From Squalus acanthias (lineage: Eukaryota), in NCBI GenBank assembly GCA_030390025.1, contig CM059431.1:157606001-157670000 (forward strand): a stretch of DNA of 64,000 bases. Reading direction: 5' to 3'. This document shows positions 39,009 to 50,900 of the stretch, piece by piece. How positions within the stretch are numbered: the stretch's first letter is position 1; every line of letters begins with the position of its first letter. Under the pieces are notes generated by a model that was not told where the DNA came from, ran no database searches, and saw nothing but the letters and a program-made list of their open reading frames with translations. A program made the position numbers and the translations under genes.

Positions 39009-39653
39009 TAACCTGCCCTGGAGCTGACTCACTAACGGTGGAACTTCTGTCCATTCACAGTCTGTCCCTCTCCCAGTGCACACACTATCCCAGATAACCT
39101 GCCCAGGACCTGACTCACTAACGGTGGAACTTCTGGCCATTCACAGTCTCTCCCTCTCCCAGTGTACCCACTAACCCAGATATCCTGCGCACGGTCTGAT
39201 GCAGCAACGGCGGATCTTCTTCACATTGTCCCTCTCGGTGAGCAATCGATCCGGTTTTCCATTGCTGCAGAAGGGAAGCACCAGTGACGGTTTCAGAGAT
39301 TGATCCACGAGAACATCTATTGTCGGATAAACAGGATCATGTGTGGATTTGTGATGTGATTTCTAAAGCACAGGGCAGGCCGGAAAGTATTAACCATCAG
39401 AGGGACAATATCACCTTTATAGAAATCTCCATGTTCAGTGAATATTAGAATCAAGTGAGGATTCGAAACTTTTCTCGGTCATTGTTCACTTTCAAATGAG
39501 GTTTCCATTAACAGATTTAATTTCTACACGCACCTCTATTGAAGCTGTGAATTAAATCTTGCAATATTTTACTGAACATTAAATGGTATTGAGAAGTTGT
39601 TTTTTGTCAATACCACTAACATTGATACCACTTTCTGTCTGTTCTAATTGAAG

Positions 39654-41380
39654 ATGTTCAACAGAAACACAAGGACACACTCCGGGTACAAACTGAAACA
39701 CTGAGAGTGAACACTATTCTAATAAAGGAGAAGGTTAAGATGTTCCAGCTGGTTGATCGATACGCTGAGCTAACGGTCATTTCTACTGTTCGAGATCGGA
39801 CACTTGTAGAACATGAACTGCTGGCAAGAGGCCGAGACCATGAAGAGTGGAGAAAGCAACATCTCCGGGGAGAACTGGAGAAAATCCGAACTGATCAATT
39901 ATTCCACAGCAGTTTTTCCCGGAGAGAATCCAAATCTGGGAGTTCAGGAGCAGTGAGCGGAGTCCCGGGGATTGGAAAAACAACAATGGTACAAAAAATT
40001 GTTCATGACTGGGCCACTGGGAAAATATACCCACACTTTCAATTTGTTTTCAGTTTTAAATTCCGGGATTTGAACGCTATTAATTGTAGAATAAACCTGA
40101 GGAATCTGATACTGGATCTGTATCCTTACTTTGGGAATATTCTGGGAGAGCTCTGGAAGAACCCAGAGGGATTGCTGTTTATATTCGATGGTTTGGATGA
40201 ATTCAATGACCGGATCGATTTTGCTGATAATCGGAGAAATACAGAACCTCAGCACATGTGCACAGATCCTGAAGACTGGTGTGAAGTGTCTGACATTGTG
40301 TACAGTTTAATACAGCACAAACTGCTCCCAGGAGGTTCAGTGCTAGTGACCAGCCGCCCCACTGCATTACATTTATTGGAAAAGGCTGAGATCAGTGTCT
40401 GGGCTGAAATCCTGGGATTTGTTGGTGAGGAACGGAAGGAATATTTCAACAAGTTTTTCGAAGATCAGGCGGTGGCAGCAGCTGTTTTCAAACACGTGGA
40501 GGAGAACGAGATCCTGTACACAATGTGCTACAACCCTTCCTACTGCTGGATCCTCGGTCTGTCACTGGGCCCCTTCTTTAAACAAAGAGACAGGAATCAG
40601 CAGCGAGTTCCCAAGACCATCACCCAACTATATTTATTTACAACATTCTGAAAAACCATGGCCGGGAGATTGAAAGCCCCCATGATGTGTTACTGAAGCT
40701 TGGTGAGATGGCCTTCACCGGAGTCTCCGAGAAGAAGATTGTGTTTAGAAACGGAGATTTGATCAACTACAGTCTACAACCTTCCCAGTTCCTGTCTGGG
40801 TTCATGATGGAGCTTTTAGAGAGAGATGAATCTGTCCAGAGAGTGGTGTACACATTCCCGCACCTCACCATCCAAGAGTTTGTAGCCGCACTCGCACATT
40901 TCCTGACTCCAGATCCCGGGGACATCCTGAAACTCCTCAGAGAAGCCCACAACAAGGAAGATGGGCGATTTGAGATATTTCTCCGTTTTGTTGCTGGTCT
41001 CTCCTCCCCACAGTCAGCTCGGCCCCTGGAGGAGTTTCTGGGTCCATTTCTTCATCAAACCACCTGCCGAATGATTGACTGGGTGAAGGAGAAGGTTGAA
41101 GGTCAGATTGAGAACACTGAGTGTATATGGGAAAAGGAACCTCCTGAACACATTCCACTACCTGTTTGAGTCTCAGAATAAAGCACTGGCTCGGAAAACA
41201 GTGGGATCAGTGGAATCACTTACATTTGGTGGATTGACATTGACCCCGATTGACTGTGCGGTCCTGTCTCATGTCATTGGACTCTGATACAACAAAAGTA
41301 CTCGATCTAGGGGACTGCTACTTTGAGTGTGAAGGACTCCAGCGGCTGGGACCCGTACTGCACAAATGCCGGGAGTTGAG
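39654..41380 (+). CDS. NLR exon 5: NACHT, helical domains and first LRR; three frameshifts
   Basis: ORFs 39707-40651, 40687-41169 and 41096-41287 are successive frames of one NACHT exon (GVPGIGKT, FIFDGLDE, VLVTSRP, YTFPHLTIQEFVAA). Donor GAG|gtaac. Confidence 0.92.
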
Positions 41381-42289
41381 GTAACTGTTTATTGTCTCTA
41401 ACTGTTGGGCGAATTGTAGAACAGTCAGGGATTGTGTTGTTGCTCCGTAATGTAGGGAAACAAACAGTTCAGATAAACCAGAGAGAAGCAGATCCAACAC
41501 AAATATGACCCAATACTAAGAGGATCGGTTAGTAATTCCCTAAGGGCTGGAGAATCTAAAATGGATCCTTGTGAACAAGTAGGGATTTTACAGTCTTTAT
41601 CGGATCAGCAAATACAGGTCACAGAGTCTGATAATTTAATTACAATAAATCACATTTAATAAGGCTGGACAGCGGAAGATAAACATAAAATATAATCCGG
41701 CAGTAAAGATAAAATTAATTTAAAATGTTTTCCACATCCACCATTTCAACTAGAAACAGGAGAGAAACCAGAGTTTAAATCACTAACAGTTCGATATTTA
41801 CTCCAATACCGTGCAGGGTGTGTCCTGTCGAGGGGTTAGTTTCCTGGCTTGGGAATATTGGGGAATCGGGAATTCTTTCAGCTGTTAATGTTTACAATTA
41901 TTCACAGTCCTGAACATTGAGTAAAGATTGATATTCAGGATCTTAAACCTGCCGGTGAAAAGGTTCCAATCTAACCGGAGTACAGACACACACCGGCCAG
42001 CGGTGGGGCCTCGCACACAGCGGGCGGCTCCTGGGTAAACCGGGGGCAGTGAACCCGGGAATTGCCCATAATCCGCCCCCTGTGTGAGGCCCCGCTCGGG
42101 GAGGCAACTTCAGAAAATTCCCCAAAAACTGTCGGGCCAGTTACACCTGAAATATATATATAGAGCCAGTTTAATGGGAATAAAGTGAGAGACTCCCCTC
42201 CCCTATAAACTAGGAGTACAGGGACTTTTAAAACTCGTAACGGGACAGAATAAACTCTATTGCTGCTATTGGCAAACATTCACTAACAG

Positions 42290-43515
42290 CCCTCTGACTC
42301 CTACAGCTACCTGGAATACACTTCCTCCCACCTCGCTTCCTGTAAGGACGCTGGTCCATTCTCCCAGTTTTTCCGTCACTGCCGCATCTGCTCTGACAAT
42401 GCCAAGTTCCATACTAGTGCTTCCGACATGTCTTCCTTTTTCCCCATCCGAGGATTCCCCGCTACCGTGGTGACACGGCTCTTGACCGTGTCCGTTCTAT
42501 TTCCCGCACTTCTGCTCTCACCCCTGCCCCTCCCACCCGGAACCACGATAGGGTTCCCCTTGTCCTCACCTTTCACCCCACCAGCCTCCGCATTCAACGG
42601 ATCATCCTCCGCCACCTCCAGCGTGATCCCACCACCAAACTCATCTTCCTCTCACCTCCCCTTTCAGCATTCTGAAGGGATCGCTCCCTCCACGACACCC
42701 TGGTCCACTCCTCAATCACCCCCAACATCCCTTCCCCTTCCCACGGCACCTTCCCGTGCAAGCGCAGGAGATGCTGCACATGCCCTTTTACCACTTCCCT
42801 TCCCACTGTCCAGGGCCCCAAACACTCCTTCCAGGTGAAACAGCGATTTACTTGTACTTCTTGCAATTTAGTATACTGTATTCGCTGCTCACGGTGCGGT
42901 CTCCTCTACATTGGGGAGACCAAACGCAGATTGGGTGACCGCTTTGCGGAACACCTCCGCTCAGTCCCTAAGTGTGACCCCGAGCTTCTGGTCACCTATC
43001 GCTTTAATTCTCTGCTCCACTCCCACTCTGATCTCTCCATTCTCGGCCTCTTACACTCTTCCAACAAAGTACAACATAAGATCGAGGAACAGACCTCATC
43101 TTTCAATTAGGCACGTTACAGCCTTCTGGACTCAACATCGACTTCAACAATGTCAGACTATAAACTCGGCCCCTATTTAAATTTTTTGATGATTCTGCCA
43201 TTGCCATTCACACCTCATCTAGATTCATCTTTTGTTTCTTAACTTGTCCCATTACCAGCTCCTTTTGATTGCACCATCATTCCTTTTGTCTTTTAATCGC
43301 TCCTGTCTTCCACCCTCTCACAGACCTTCCCATTTGTTCTTTCCTCCGCTCCCCCCACCTTTCCCGGCCCCGACACGTGCTGAAAAATCTGTTACAACTG
43401 TAACTATTTCCAGTTCTGACGAAGGGTCCTCGACCTGAAACATTAACTCTGTTTCTCTCTCTATAGATGCTGCCTGACCTGCTGAGTATTTCCAGCATTT
43501 CTGTTTTTATTTCAG
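42290..43515 (+). mobile_element. Penelope-like element, 3' part (RT thumb, GIY-YIG endonuclease, tail)
   Basis: FTCTSCNLVYCIRCSRCGLLYIGETKRRLGDRFAEH GIY-YIG motif; hammerhead core in the tail. Confidence 0.88.
43412..43448 (+). ncRNA. Minimal type-I hammerhead ribozyme-like motif
   Basis: agtt-CTGACGA-a-gggtc-ctc-gacct-GAAA-c-att-aact: conserved core boxes, stem II and stem I (agtt/aact). Confidence 0.6.
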
Positions 43516-43809
43516 AATAAATTCTCCGTGTTATATAAAATCCTGGGGGACGGATTTTACAGCAGCAGTTAGCGTTTCACAATATAACTCACCCCGAGAT
43601 ATTATACAGATTAATATAATGCACAGACTATAAAGTACAGGGAATCACCGCTTTATCATTTAATTCTGGGAAAATCGCCCCATTCCCAGAAAATCCAGGA
43701 TTTAAGGAGAAGCAGAAATGAAACAAGTTTCTCCAAACATGACGGGGCCGGTCACTGAGCTGCAGGAGGGTAATTGTGATCATCAGGGAATGAGACTGGA
43801 CTGAGGGAC

Positions 43810-45335
43810 ACCCGGCCCCACCCCCGGCACCGACCCCGGCCGCACCCGACCCACCACCGACCCCACCCGACCCACCACCGACCCCGTACCCGACCATCCA
43901 CCGGCCCCGGCCCCACCATCCACCGACCACCGACCATGCCCCGGCCCCACCAACCACCGACCCCGGCCCCACCCGACACCGACCCCACCCGACCATCCAA
44001 CGGCCCCGGCCCCGCCCGACCCGACCACCGACCCCGACCACCGACCCCGACCCCGACCCCGACCATCCCCCCCGGCCCCACCGATCACCGACCCCGGCCG
44101 CACCCGACCATCCACCGACCCCACCCACCGACCCCGACCCCACCCGACCATCCACCGACCCCGACCATCCCCCGGCCCCACCCGACCATCCCCCGACCCC
44201 GGCCGCACCCGACCCACCACCGACCCCACCCCCCGACCCCGACCCCACCCGACCATCCACCGACCCCACCCGACCAAACACCGACCCCGACCATCCCCCG
44301 GCCCCACCATCCACCGACACCATCCACCGACCCCGACCCCACCTGACCATCCACCGACACTGACCCCACCCGACCATCCACCGACCCCGGCCCCACCCAA
44401 CCCGACCATCCGCCGACCATCCACCGACCCCGGCCCCACCCAACCCGACCATCCACCGGCCCCACCTGGCCCCACCCGACCATCCACCGGCCCCACCTGG
44501 CCCCACCCGACCATCCCCCGACCCCGGCCGCACCCGACCCACCACCGACCCCACCCACCGACCCCGACCCCACCCGACCATCCACCGACCCTGACCATCC
44601 CCCGGCCCCACCCGACCATCCCCCGACCCCGGCCGCACCCGACCCACCACCGACCCCACCCACCGACCCCGACCCCACCCGACCATCCACCGACCCCGAC
44701 CATCCCCCCGACCCCACCCCCCGACCCCACCCACCGACCATCCACCGACCATCCACCGACCCCACCCGACCAAACACCGACCCCGACCATCCCCCGGCCC
44801 CACCATCCACCGACACCATCCACCGACCCCGACCCCGCCCGACCATCCACCGACCCTGACCATCCACCGACACTGACCCCACCCGACCATCCACCGACCC
44901 GACCCCGACCCGCCACCGACCATCCACCGACCCCGGCCCCACCCAACCCGACCATCCGCCGACCATCCACCGACCCCGGCCCCACCCAACCCGACCATCC
45001 CCCGGCCCCACCCGACCATCCACCGGCCCCACCTGGCCCCACCCGACCATCCACCGGCCCCGCCCGACCATCCCCCGACCCGGGCCCCACCCGACCAACC
45101 CCGGCCCCACCCGACCATCCACCGGCCCGGGCCCCACCCGACCAACCCCGGCCCCACCCGACCATCCACCGGCCCCGCCTGACCATCCCCCGACCCCGGC
45201 CCCACCCGACCCACCACCGACACGACACCACTCGGCCCCACCCCACCCGACCTGACCTCGGCCCGACCCGACCCAGCCCCACCCGGCCATCCACCGACCC
45301 CGACCCCACATGAACCGCCCCCAACCCCACCCCAC
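43810..45335. repeat. C-rich complex microsatellite (CCGACC/CCCGA/CCATCC variants); G-rich on the - strand
   Basis: About 1.5 kb of strongly strand-biased short units; the long GW/GR-rich ORFs here are artefacts. Confidence 0.95.
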
Positions 45336-45464
45336 CACAGACTGGGGAAAACCGGGTTATTAATTTCCTGAAGTACTTTCAGTGATTGCTGTAATATCCG
45401 AATGAGGGAATTATATCAGATCCGGGCTTTGATTCAGTTTGTTTCTCTCTCTGTTTCTGTTTAG

Positions 45465-45549
45465 ACTGAGCCGCAATAAACCGAGAGATTCAGGAGTGAA
45501 ACTACTGTCTGGCTCTGAGCAACCCGGACTGTAAAATACAGAAACTGGG
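45465..45549 (+). CDS. NLR LRR exon (LSRNKPRDSGVKLLS/ALSNPDCKIQKL); 85 nt, apparent 2-nt deletion
   Basis: ctgtttag acceptor and GG|gtaagt donor; RI-like LRR read across a frame change near 45511. Confidence 0.8.
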
Positions 45550-45693
45550 GTAAGTACCAGACTGTGTGAGATTGTGTTTATAATAACTGCAGGTCTGACT
45601 CTGAACATCATTATTATTAGTATCAGTGATAGTGTTATTAATAAACTCTGGGGATTGACTCTGATTCCTGTTATTTCTCTCTCTGATCCCCAG

Positions 45694-45861
45694 TCTACAC
45701 TCTGTTGGTCTCACAGATTCTTGTGCCGAGGATCTCGTCTCCGCTCTCAGTACAAACCGCTCACTGACGGAGCTGGACCTGGAATTTAACTCCTTCACAG
45801 ACCGATCTGTCCCCGCTCTCAGCCGCCTCACACTGACCTGCCGGAGTCTGGAGCGGATCGG
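45694..45861 (+). CDS. NLR LRR exon (LHSVGLTDSCAEDLVSALSTNRSLTELDLEFNSFTDRSVPALSRLTLTCRSLERI)
   Basis: 168 nt, phase 2-2, cccag acceptor and gtgagt donor; LxxLxLxxN motif. Confidence 0.88.
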
Positions 45862-46028
45862 GTGAGTGTTTGTGTTAATGTTTAATGTAATAAATAAAAT
45901 ATCAATGGGATTCAGTCACTGTGGGTAATATTGGTCTGAGTGTTATTGAAATATTAACCCCAGTCTCGCGGCTATTTACACTGTTGTTCAATTTGTTTGT
46001 TTCCTGTTTAATCTTTAATCTGTTTCAG

Positions 46029-46119
46029 GCTGTTGGGGAATCGGTTCAGTTCAGACAGAGAGAGACTCCTGAGGGCACTGCAGGGAGCAAGACCCGGATT
46101 GACTGTGTTCATTAATTGA
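46029..46119 (+). CDS. NLR terminal exon (LLGNRFSSDRERLLRALQGARPGLTVFIN*)
   Basis: tgtttcag acceptor, phase 2; completes an LxxN motif; TGA at 46117-46119. Confidence 0.75.
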
Positions 46120-47980
46120 TTTAATTTAATTTAAGGGTTTCCCGCTCGAGCTGATCGCATCATCGCCCATTGTGAGGTCAGAGGCCCTGCCACAGGGTCA
46201 CGTGACTCAGCCACTCCCAGGCTTGCACCCCTTTCAAAATGGATGTGTGAGTGTGAGTTTCTGCAAATTGCAGAGTCTGTGTGAGTGTGTCTGTATGTCA
46301 TTTTGGTTTTAATCTTCCAACTCGGCAGTCATCCCTCTGCAGGCTGGCCAGGCTGTGAGTTTGTGTGTGACAAGGCAGGCTGGCAGGCAGTGAGAGAAAT
46401 CAAGACAACATGCAGAATGAAATACTGAAAACTGTCTGTTTGCTTTTAAACTGCTAAACAGAGCAGAGCTATGGAAGAAATGAACTTTCTTTCATTGCTG
46501 ACAGTGATTTGTGGCAATTTTGCAGGCTGGCTGTGTGTGTGTGACAGAGAGAGAGAGAGAGACAGACAGCAAAATCTGGTGTATATGCAGGGCTTGGCTG
46601 TGTTTAAGTTATCTGCCATGTGCATTGATACTGCATCTCATGTCTGAAAAAACAAAGTATACACCATTAGATCATACTGATTTAATTCCAGACTACGCTA
46701 TGGTGGGATCTTACTTTGCCTTTCTTTCAAGAATTTTGTAAAAAGCAAATCTACATATACATCAAGCCATTTGATATTTTTCTGGACTGGACTTTATAGT
46801 GGAATGTTTGTGAAGTGTTTCATGGCACATCCTGCTGTGGGATCTTGCTCTCCCCTTCATCCCAACTCAAACAAGACAAGACATTTGTTTAAAAAAAAAG
46901 TATATATCATACTTTTAAAATTATTTTCAGAATAATCCATTTGATTTTTTTCTGGACTGGGCTTTATTGGGGAATGTGCTTGGGATGTTTTTAGAGCAAA
47001 AGCTGCTGTGCGATCTTTCCATTTATTTTATTACACTCCAGGCAAACCACAGACAGGCAGACATTTAATTAACAGAAATAAAGTATATATATATTTATTC
47101 CTGATTGTATTTACTTCTTTTCACCCTCCCCGGGCTTTCATTTCCTCTCGGGGACCCGGATTTCTGGGGCCTCGGCTTCACCACTTCCTGTTTGATTGTC
47201 CTCGTCAAACATGGATGCAGAGCGAGGAAGGGACATCATCAAACATTGACACTCCCAGGCTACACATCTTTCCAAATGGATGTGCGTGTGAGAGTTTCTG
47301 CAAATTGCAGAGACTGTGAGTGTGTGTGTCATGTTACTGTAAATTTTATTTCAATGTGGGTGGGAGGGAGACTGTGTGAGTGACAGACAGTAAGAGCGAG
47401 AGAGACATGAAATCAAAAGGCAAGTAGCAGAATAGAAAGCCTGTTTCTGTAGGCCACAAAGTGAAAAGATAAGATACTGAAAAGTGTCTTTTTGATTTTA
47501 ATCTTCCAACACGGCAGTCTTCCCTCTGCAGGCTGGCCAGGCTGTGAGTATGTGTGTGAGAGAGAGGGTAAAAGCTGGTGTTTGTGTGGGATGTAGTCTG
47601 CTGTCTTATTACCTGCTGTTGTTGTATTAAACCCCATTGATTTCATTCTGGTCCACGTGAATTGCTGTTGTGTATCACTTTATTGCAATTTATTTCATTT
47701 CACTTCCCTTCAAGACAGACAGTCTGTCAGTGAGATACTGAAAAATGTCTTTGTGGACTGTCTGACAATAACAGCGGCTCTGGGATCTTTGCATTCTTTT
47801 TATTCCACTCGACTCAAATCAAGACAAGGCTGGCAGGTAGTGAGAGAGACACATGAAATCAAGACAATATGCAGAATAGAAATGAAAACGGAAAATGCTG
47901 CAAATACTCAGTATATTAGGCAGCATCAGTGGAGATACAGAGAAACAGAGTAAATGTTTCAGCTCGATGACCTTTCGACA

Positions 47981-50900
47981 GCGGCGGACCTGGGCGAGAA
48001 GTGAGTGGAGCAGCGAGGCTATAAAGCCTGCGGTATCCAGGTAGGCCCCTCTCTTACAGGGTGATTGCTTTAATAGTGCGGGTCGCAGTGGTTGCTGGGT
48101 AAGTTTTTTTTTACCTGTATATAAGTTGGGCGGTTTCTAAACCCGAGACACTACACTTGTAGTGTCCCCCACCCTTCCACCTCCTCTAACCTAAAGGGGG
48201 TGAGTGTATATCAGGAGGCCCGGTGAGTATCTAAACTCACTTTCGCGGGCTTTTGTTTACAGAGGCTGGTGTCGGGAGCGGAGAGAGCCGAGGCCCGGTG
48301 AGTATCTAAACTCACTTTCGCGGGCTTTTGTTTGCAGAGGTTTACCAATCTCAGACCGGCGGCGGCGTTCCAGGGCCACGTCACGATTCAAAACGTGACG
48401 TGGGCAGGAGGGAGCGGCTGATTGGGTGAGTACGGCAGGTCAGTATTTATACTACTTTATAGTTTGATAGTTAAGGTTCATAGTTTATAAAGTTTCGAAG
48501 ATCTTAATTTTGTGATAATTTCTCGTGGTAGTAACCAAGGGCCCTTGAGTAATTCATTTAATTGAGTGAAATTGGTGGTTTTGATTTAATTAAAGTTCAA
48601 TTAATTAAAGGGTAATTCATGGCAGGACAGCCCAGCCCCGTGTTATGCTCCTCCTGCTCTGTGGGAAATCAGGGACCCTTCCGGTGTCCCTAATGACCAT
48701 GTGTGCGGGAAGTGTATCCAGCTGCAGCTACTGACAGCCCGCATTGCGGCGCTGGAGCTGCGGCTGGATGCATATTGGAGCATTCGCGATGCTGAGAACC
48801 TCGTGGATAGCACGTTTAGTGAGTTGGTCACACCGCAGGTGAAGGGTGTACAGGCAGGAAGGGAATGGGTGACCACCAGGCAGAGTAGGAGGTGCAGGGA
48901 GGTAGTGCAGGGGTCCCCTGTGGCCATCCCCCTCTCAAACAGATATACCGCTTTGGATACTGTTGGGGGGATGACTTAGCAGGGGAAGGCAGCAGCAGCC
49001 AACTTCCTGGCACCATGGGCGGCTCTGCTGCACAGGCTGGAAGGAAAAAGAGTGGAAGAGCTATAGTGATAGGGGACTCAATTGTAAGGGGAATAGATAG
49101 GCGTTTTTGCGGCCGCAACCGAGACTCCAGGATGGTGTGTTGCCTCCCTGGTGCAAGGGTCAAGGACGTCTCGGAGCGGCTACAGAACATTTTGGAGGGG
49201 GAGGGCGAACAGCCAGCTGTCGTGGTGCACATAGGCACCAACGATATAGGTAAAAAAGGGGATGAGGTCCTAAAAGCAGAATATAGGGAGTTAGGAGGTA
49301 AATTAAAAAATAGGACCTCAAAGGTAGTAATCTCAGGATTGCTACCAGTGCCACGTGCTAGTCAGAGTAGAAATAGGAGGATATTTCAAATGAATACGTG
49401 GCTAGAGGAATGGTGCAAGGGGGAGGGATTCAAATTCCTGGGACATTGGAACCGGTTCTGGGGGAGGTGGGACCAGTACAAACCGGACGGTCTGCACCTG
49501 GGCAGGGCCGGGACCGCTGTCCTAGGGGGAGTGTTTGCTAGTGCTGTTGGGGAGGATTTAAACGAATGTGGCAGGGGGTTGGGAACCTGAGCAGGGAGAC
49601 AGAGGAAAGCATGTCAGGAAGGGACAGAAGGTATGGAGCAAAAGGTAAAGTGTTGAATAAGGAAAAAGCAGGAAGTAAGTGTCGCAAAACACATTTGAAA
49701 GTTCTTTATCTGAATGCACGTAGCATTCGTAACAAAATTGACGAGTTAACGGCACAAATAATTATGTATGGGTATGATCTTGTGGCCATTACAGAAACAT
49801 GGCTGCAGGGTGACAACGTCTGGGAATTAAATATGCCAGGGTATTTAACAATCAGGAAGGACAGGCAGGAAGGAAGGGGAGGGGGGGTGGCTATGTTAAT
49901 AAAGGAAGGAATCACTAATACAGAGAAATGATATTGGGTCAAAAGATCAGGATAATGAAACAGTTTGGGTAGAGATAAGGAATAATAAGGGGAAAAAAAC
50001 ACTGGTGGGCATAGTATATAGGCCTAATAGTTGCAACTCTGTTGGAAGAAGTATTAATCAGGAAATAGTTGGGGCATGTAATAAGGGAATAGCTATAATT
50101 ATGGGGGATTTTAACTATCATATTAACTGGACAAATCAAATTGGGCAGGGCAGGCTTGAGGAAGAGTTTATTGAGTGTCTTAGGGATGGATTTCTTGAGC
50201 AGTATGTAACTGATCCTACAAGGGGGCAAGCAACCTTGGACCTGGTACTGTGTAATGAGTCTGGATTAATTAATAATGTCCTAGTTAAGGATCCCCTTGG
50301 AATGAGTGACCATAACATGGTTGAATTCCATATCCAATTAGAGGGTGAGAAGGTTGGTTCTCAAACAAGCATACTGAGCTTAAATACAGGAGACTATGAT
50401 GGCATGAGAGCAGAATTGATTAAAGTGGACTGGGAAAATAGATTAAAGGGTAAGACGGTACATGAGCAGTGGTGTTCATTCAAGGAGTTATTTTACAACT
50501 TTCAAAATAAATATATTCCACTGAGGAAAAAAGGCTAAGTAAAGAAATTAAAGAAAGTATCCAACTAAAAACAAGGAAATATAAGGTAGCCAAAGTTAGT
50601 GGGAGGATAGAAGATTGGGAAGTCTTCAAAAGACAACAAAAAGTAACTAAAGGATTGATTAAGAAAGGGAAAATAGACTATGAAAATAAATTAGCAAAAA
50701 ATATAAAAACTGATAGCAAGAGTTTCTATAGTTATATAAAAAGAAAAAGGGTGGTTAAGGCAAACGTAGGTCCCTTAGAGGATGAGACCGGGAAATTAAT
50801 GGTGGGAAACATGGAGATGGCAAAAATGCTGAACAAATATTTTGTTCCAGTCTTTACGGTAGAGGACACTAAGAATATCCCAACACTGGACAAACAGGGG

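Larger units (their letters stand above)
31858..39230. repeat. About 85-bp tandem repeat (31858-32011 and 39009-39230) split by a nested CR1 block
   Basis: Unit aacggtggaacttctgtccattcacagtctgtccctctcccagtg...cccagataacctgcccaggacctga lies on both sides; TAACCT is duplicated at the junctions. Confidence 0.85.
4972..46119 (+). pseudogene. NLR gene (CARD-like death fold, NACHT, LRR; NLRC3/NLRP3-like fish/shark type), 8 coding exons, frameshifted
   Basis: All introns are GT-AG with matching phases: 4972-5035, 15595-15761, 29925-30096, 30202-30267, 39654-41380, 45465-45549, 45694-45861, 46029-46119. Walker A GVPGIGKT, Walker B LLFIFDGLDE and RI-type LRRs are present. Frameshifts lie at about 40633, 41120, 41286 and 45511. 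Confidence 0.88.

Noticed and set aside
43628..45338. Long Gly/Trp/Arg-rich ORFs (537, 515 and 417 aa)
   Set aside because: Stop-free in all three frames because of low-complexity repeat composition.
47960..47985. Hammerhead used to process the 5' end of the adjacent LINE (also considered for Tx1 at 13229)
   Set aside because: In both cases the motif is antisense to the LINE transcript and incomplete or degenerate.
48130..48200. Hairpin gacactaca/tgtagtgtc plus pyrimidine tract as a possible HDV-like ribozyme
   Set aside because: The nested double pseudoknot could not be built by eye.
48223..48262. 40-nt GT...AG mini-intron
   Set aside because: Below the usual minimum vertebrate intron length.
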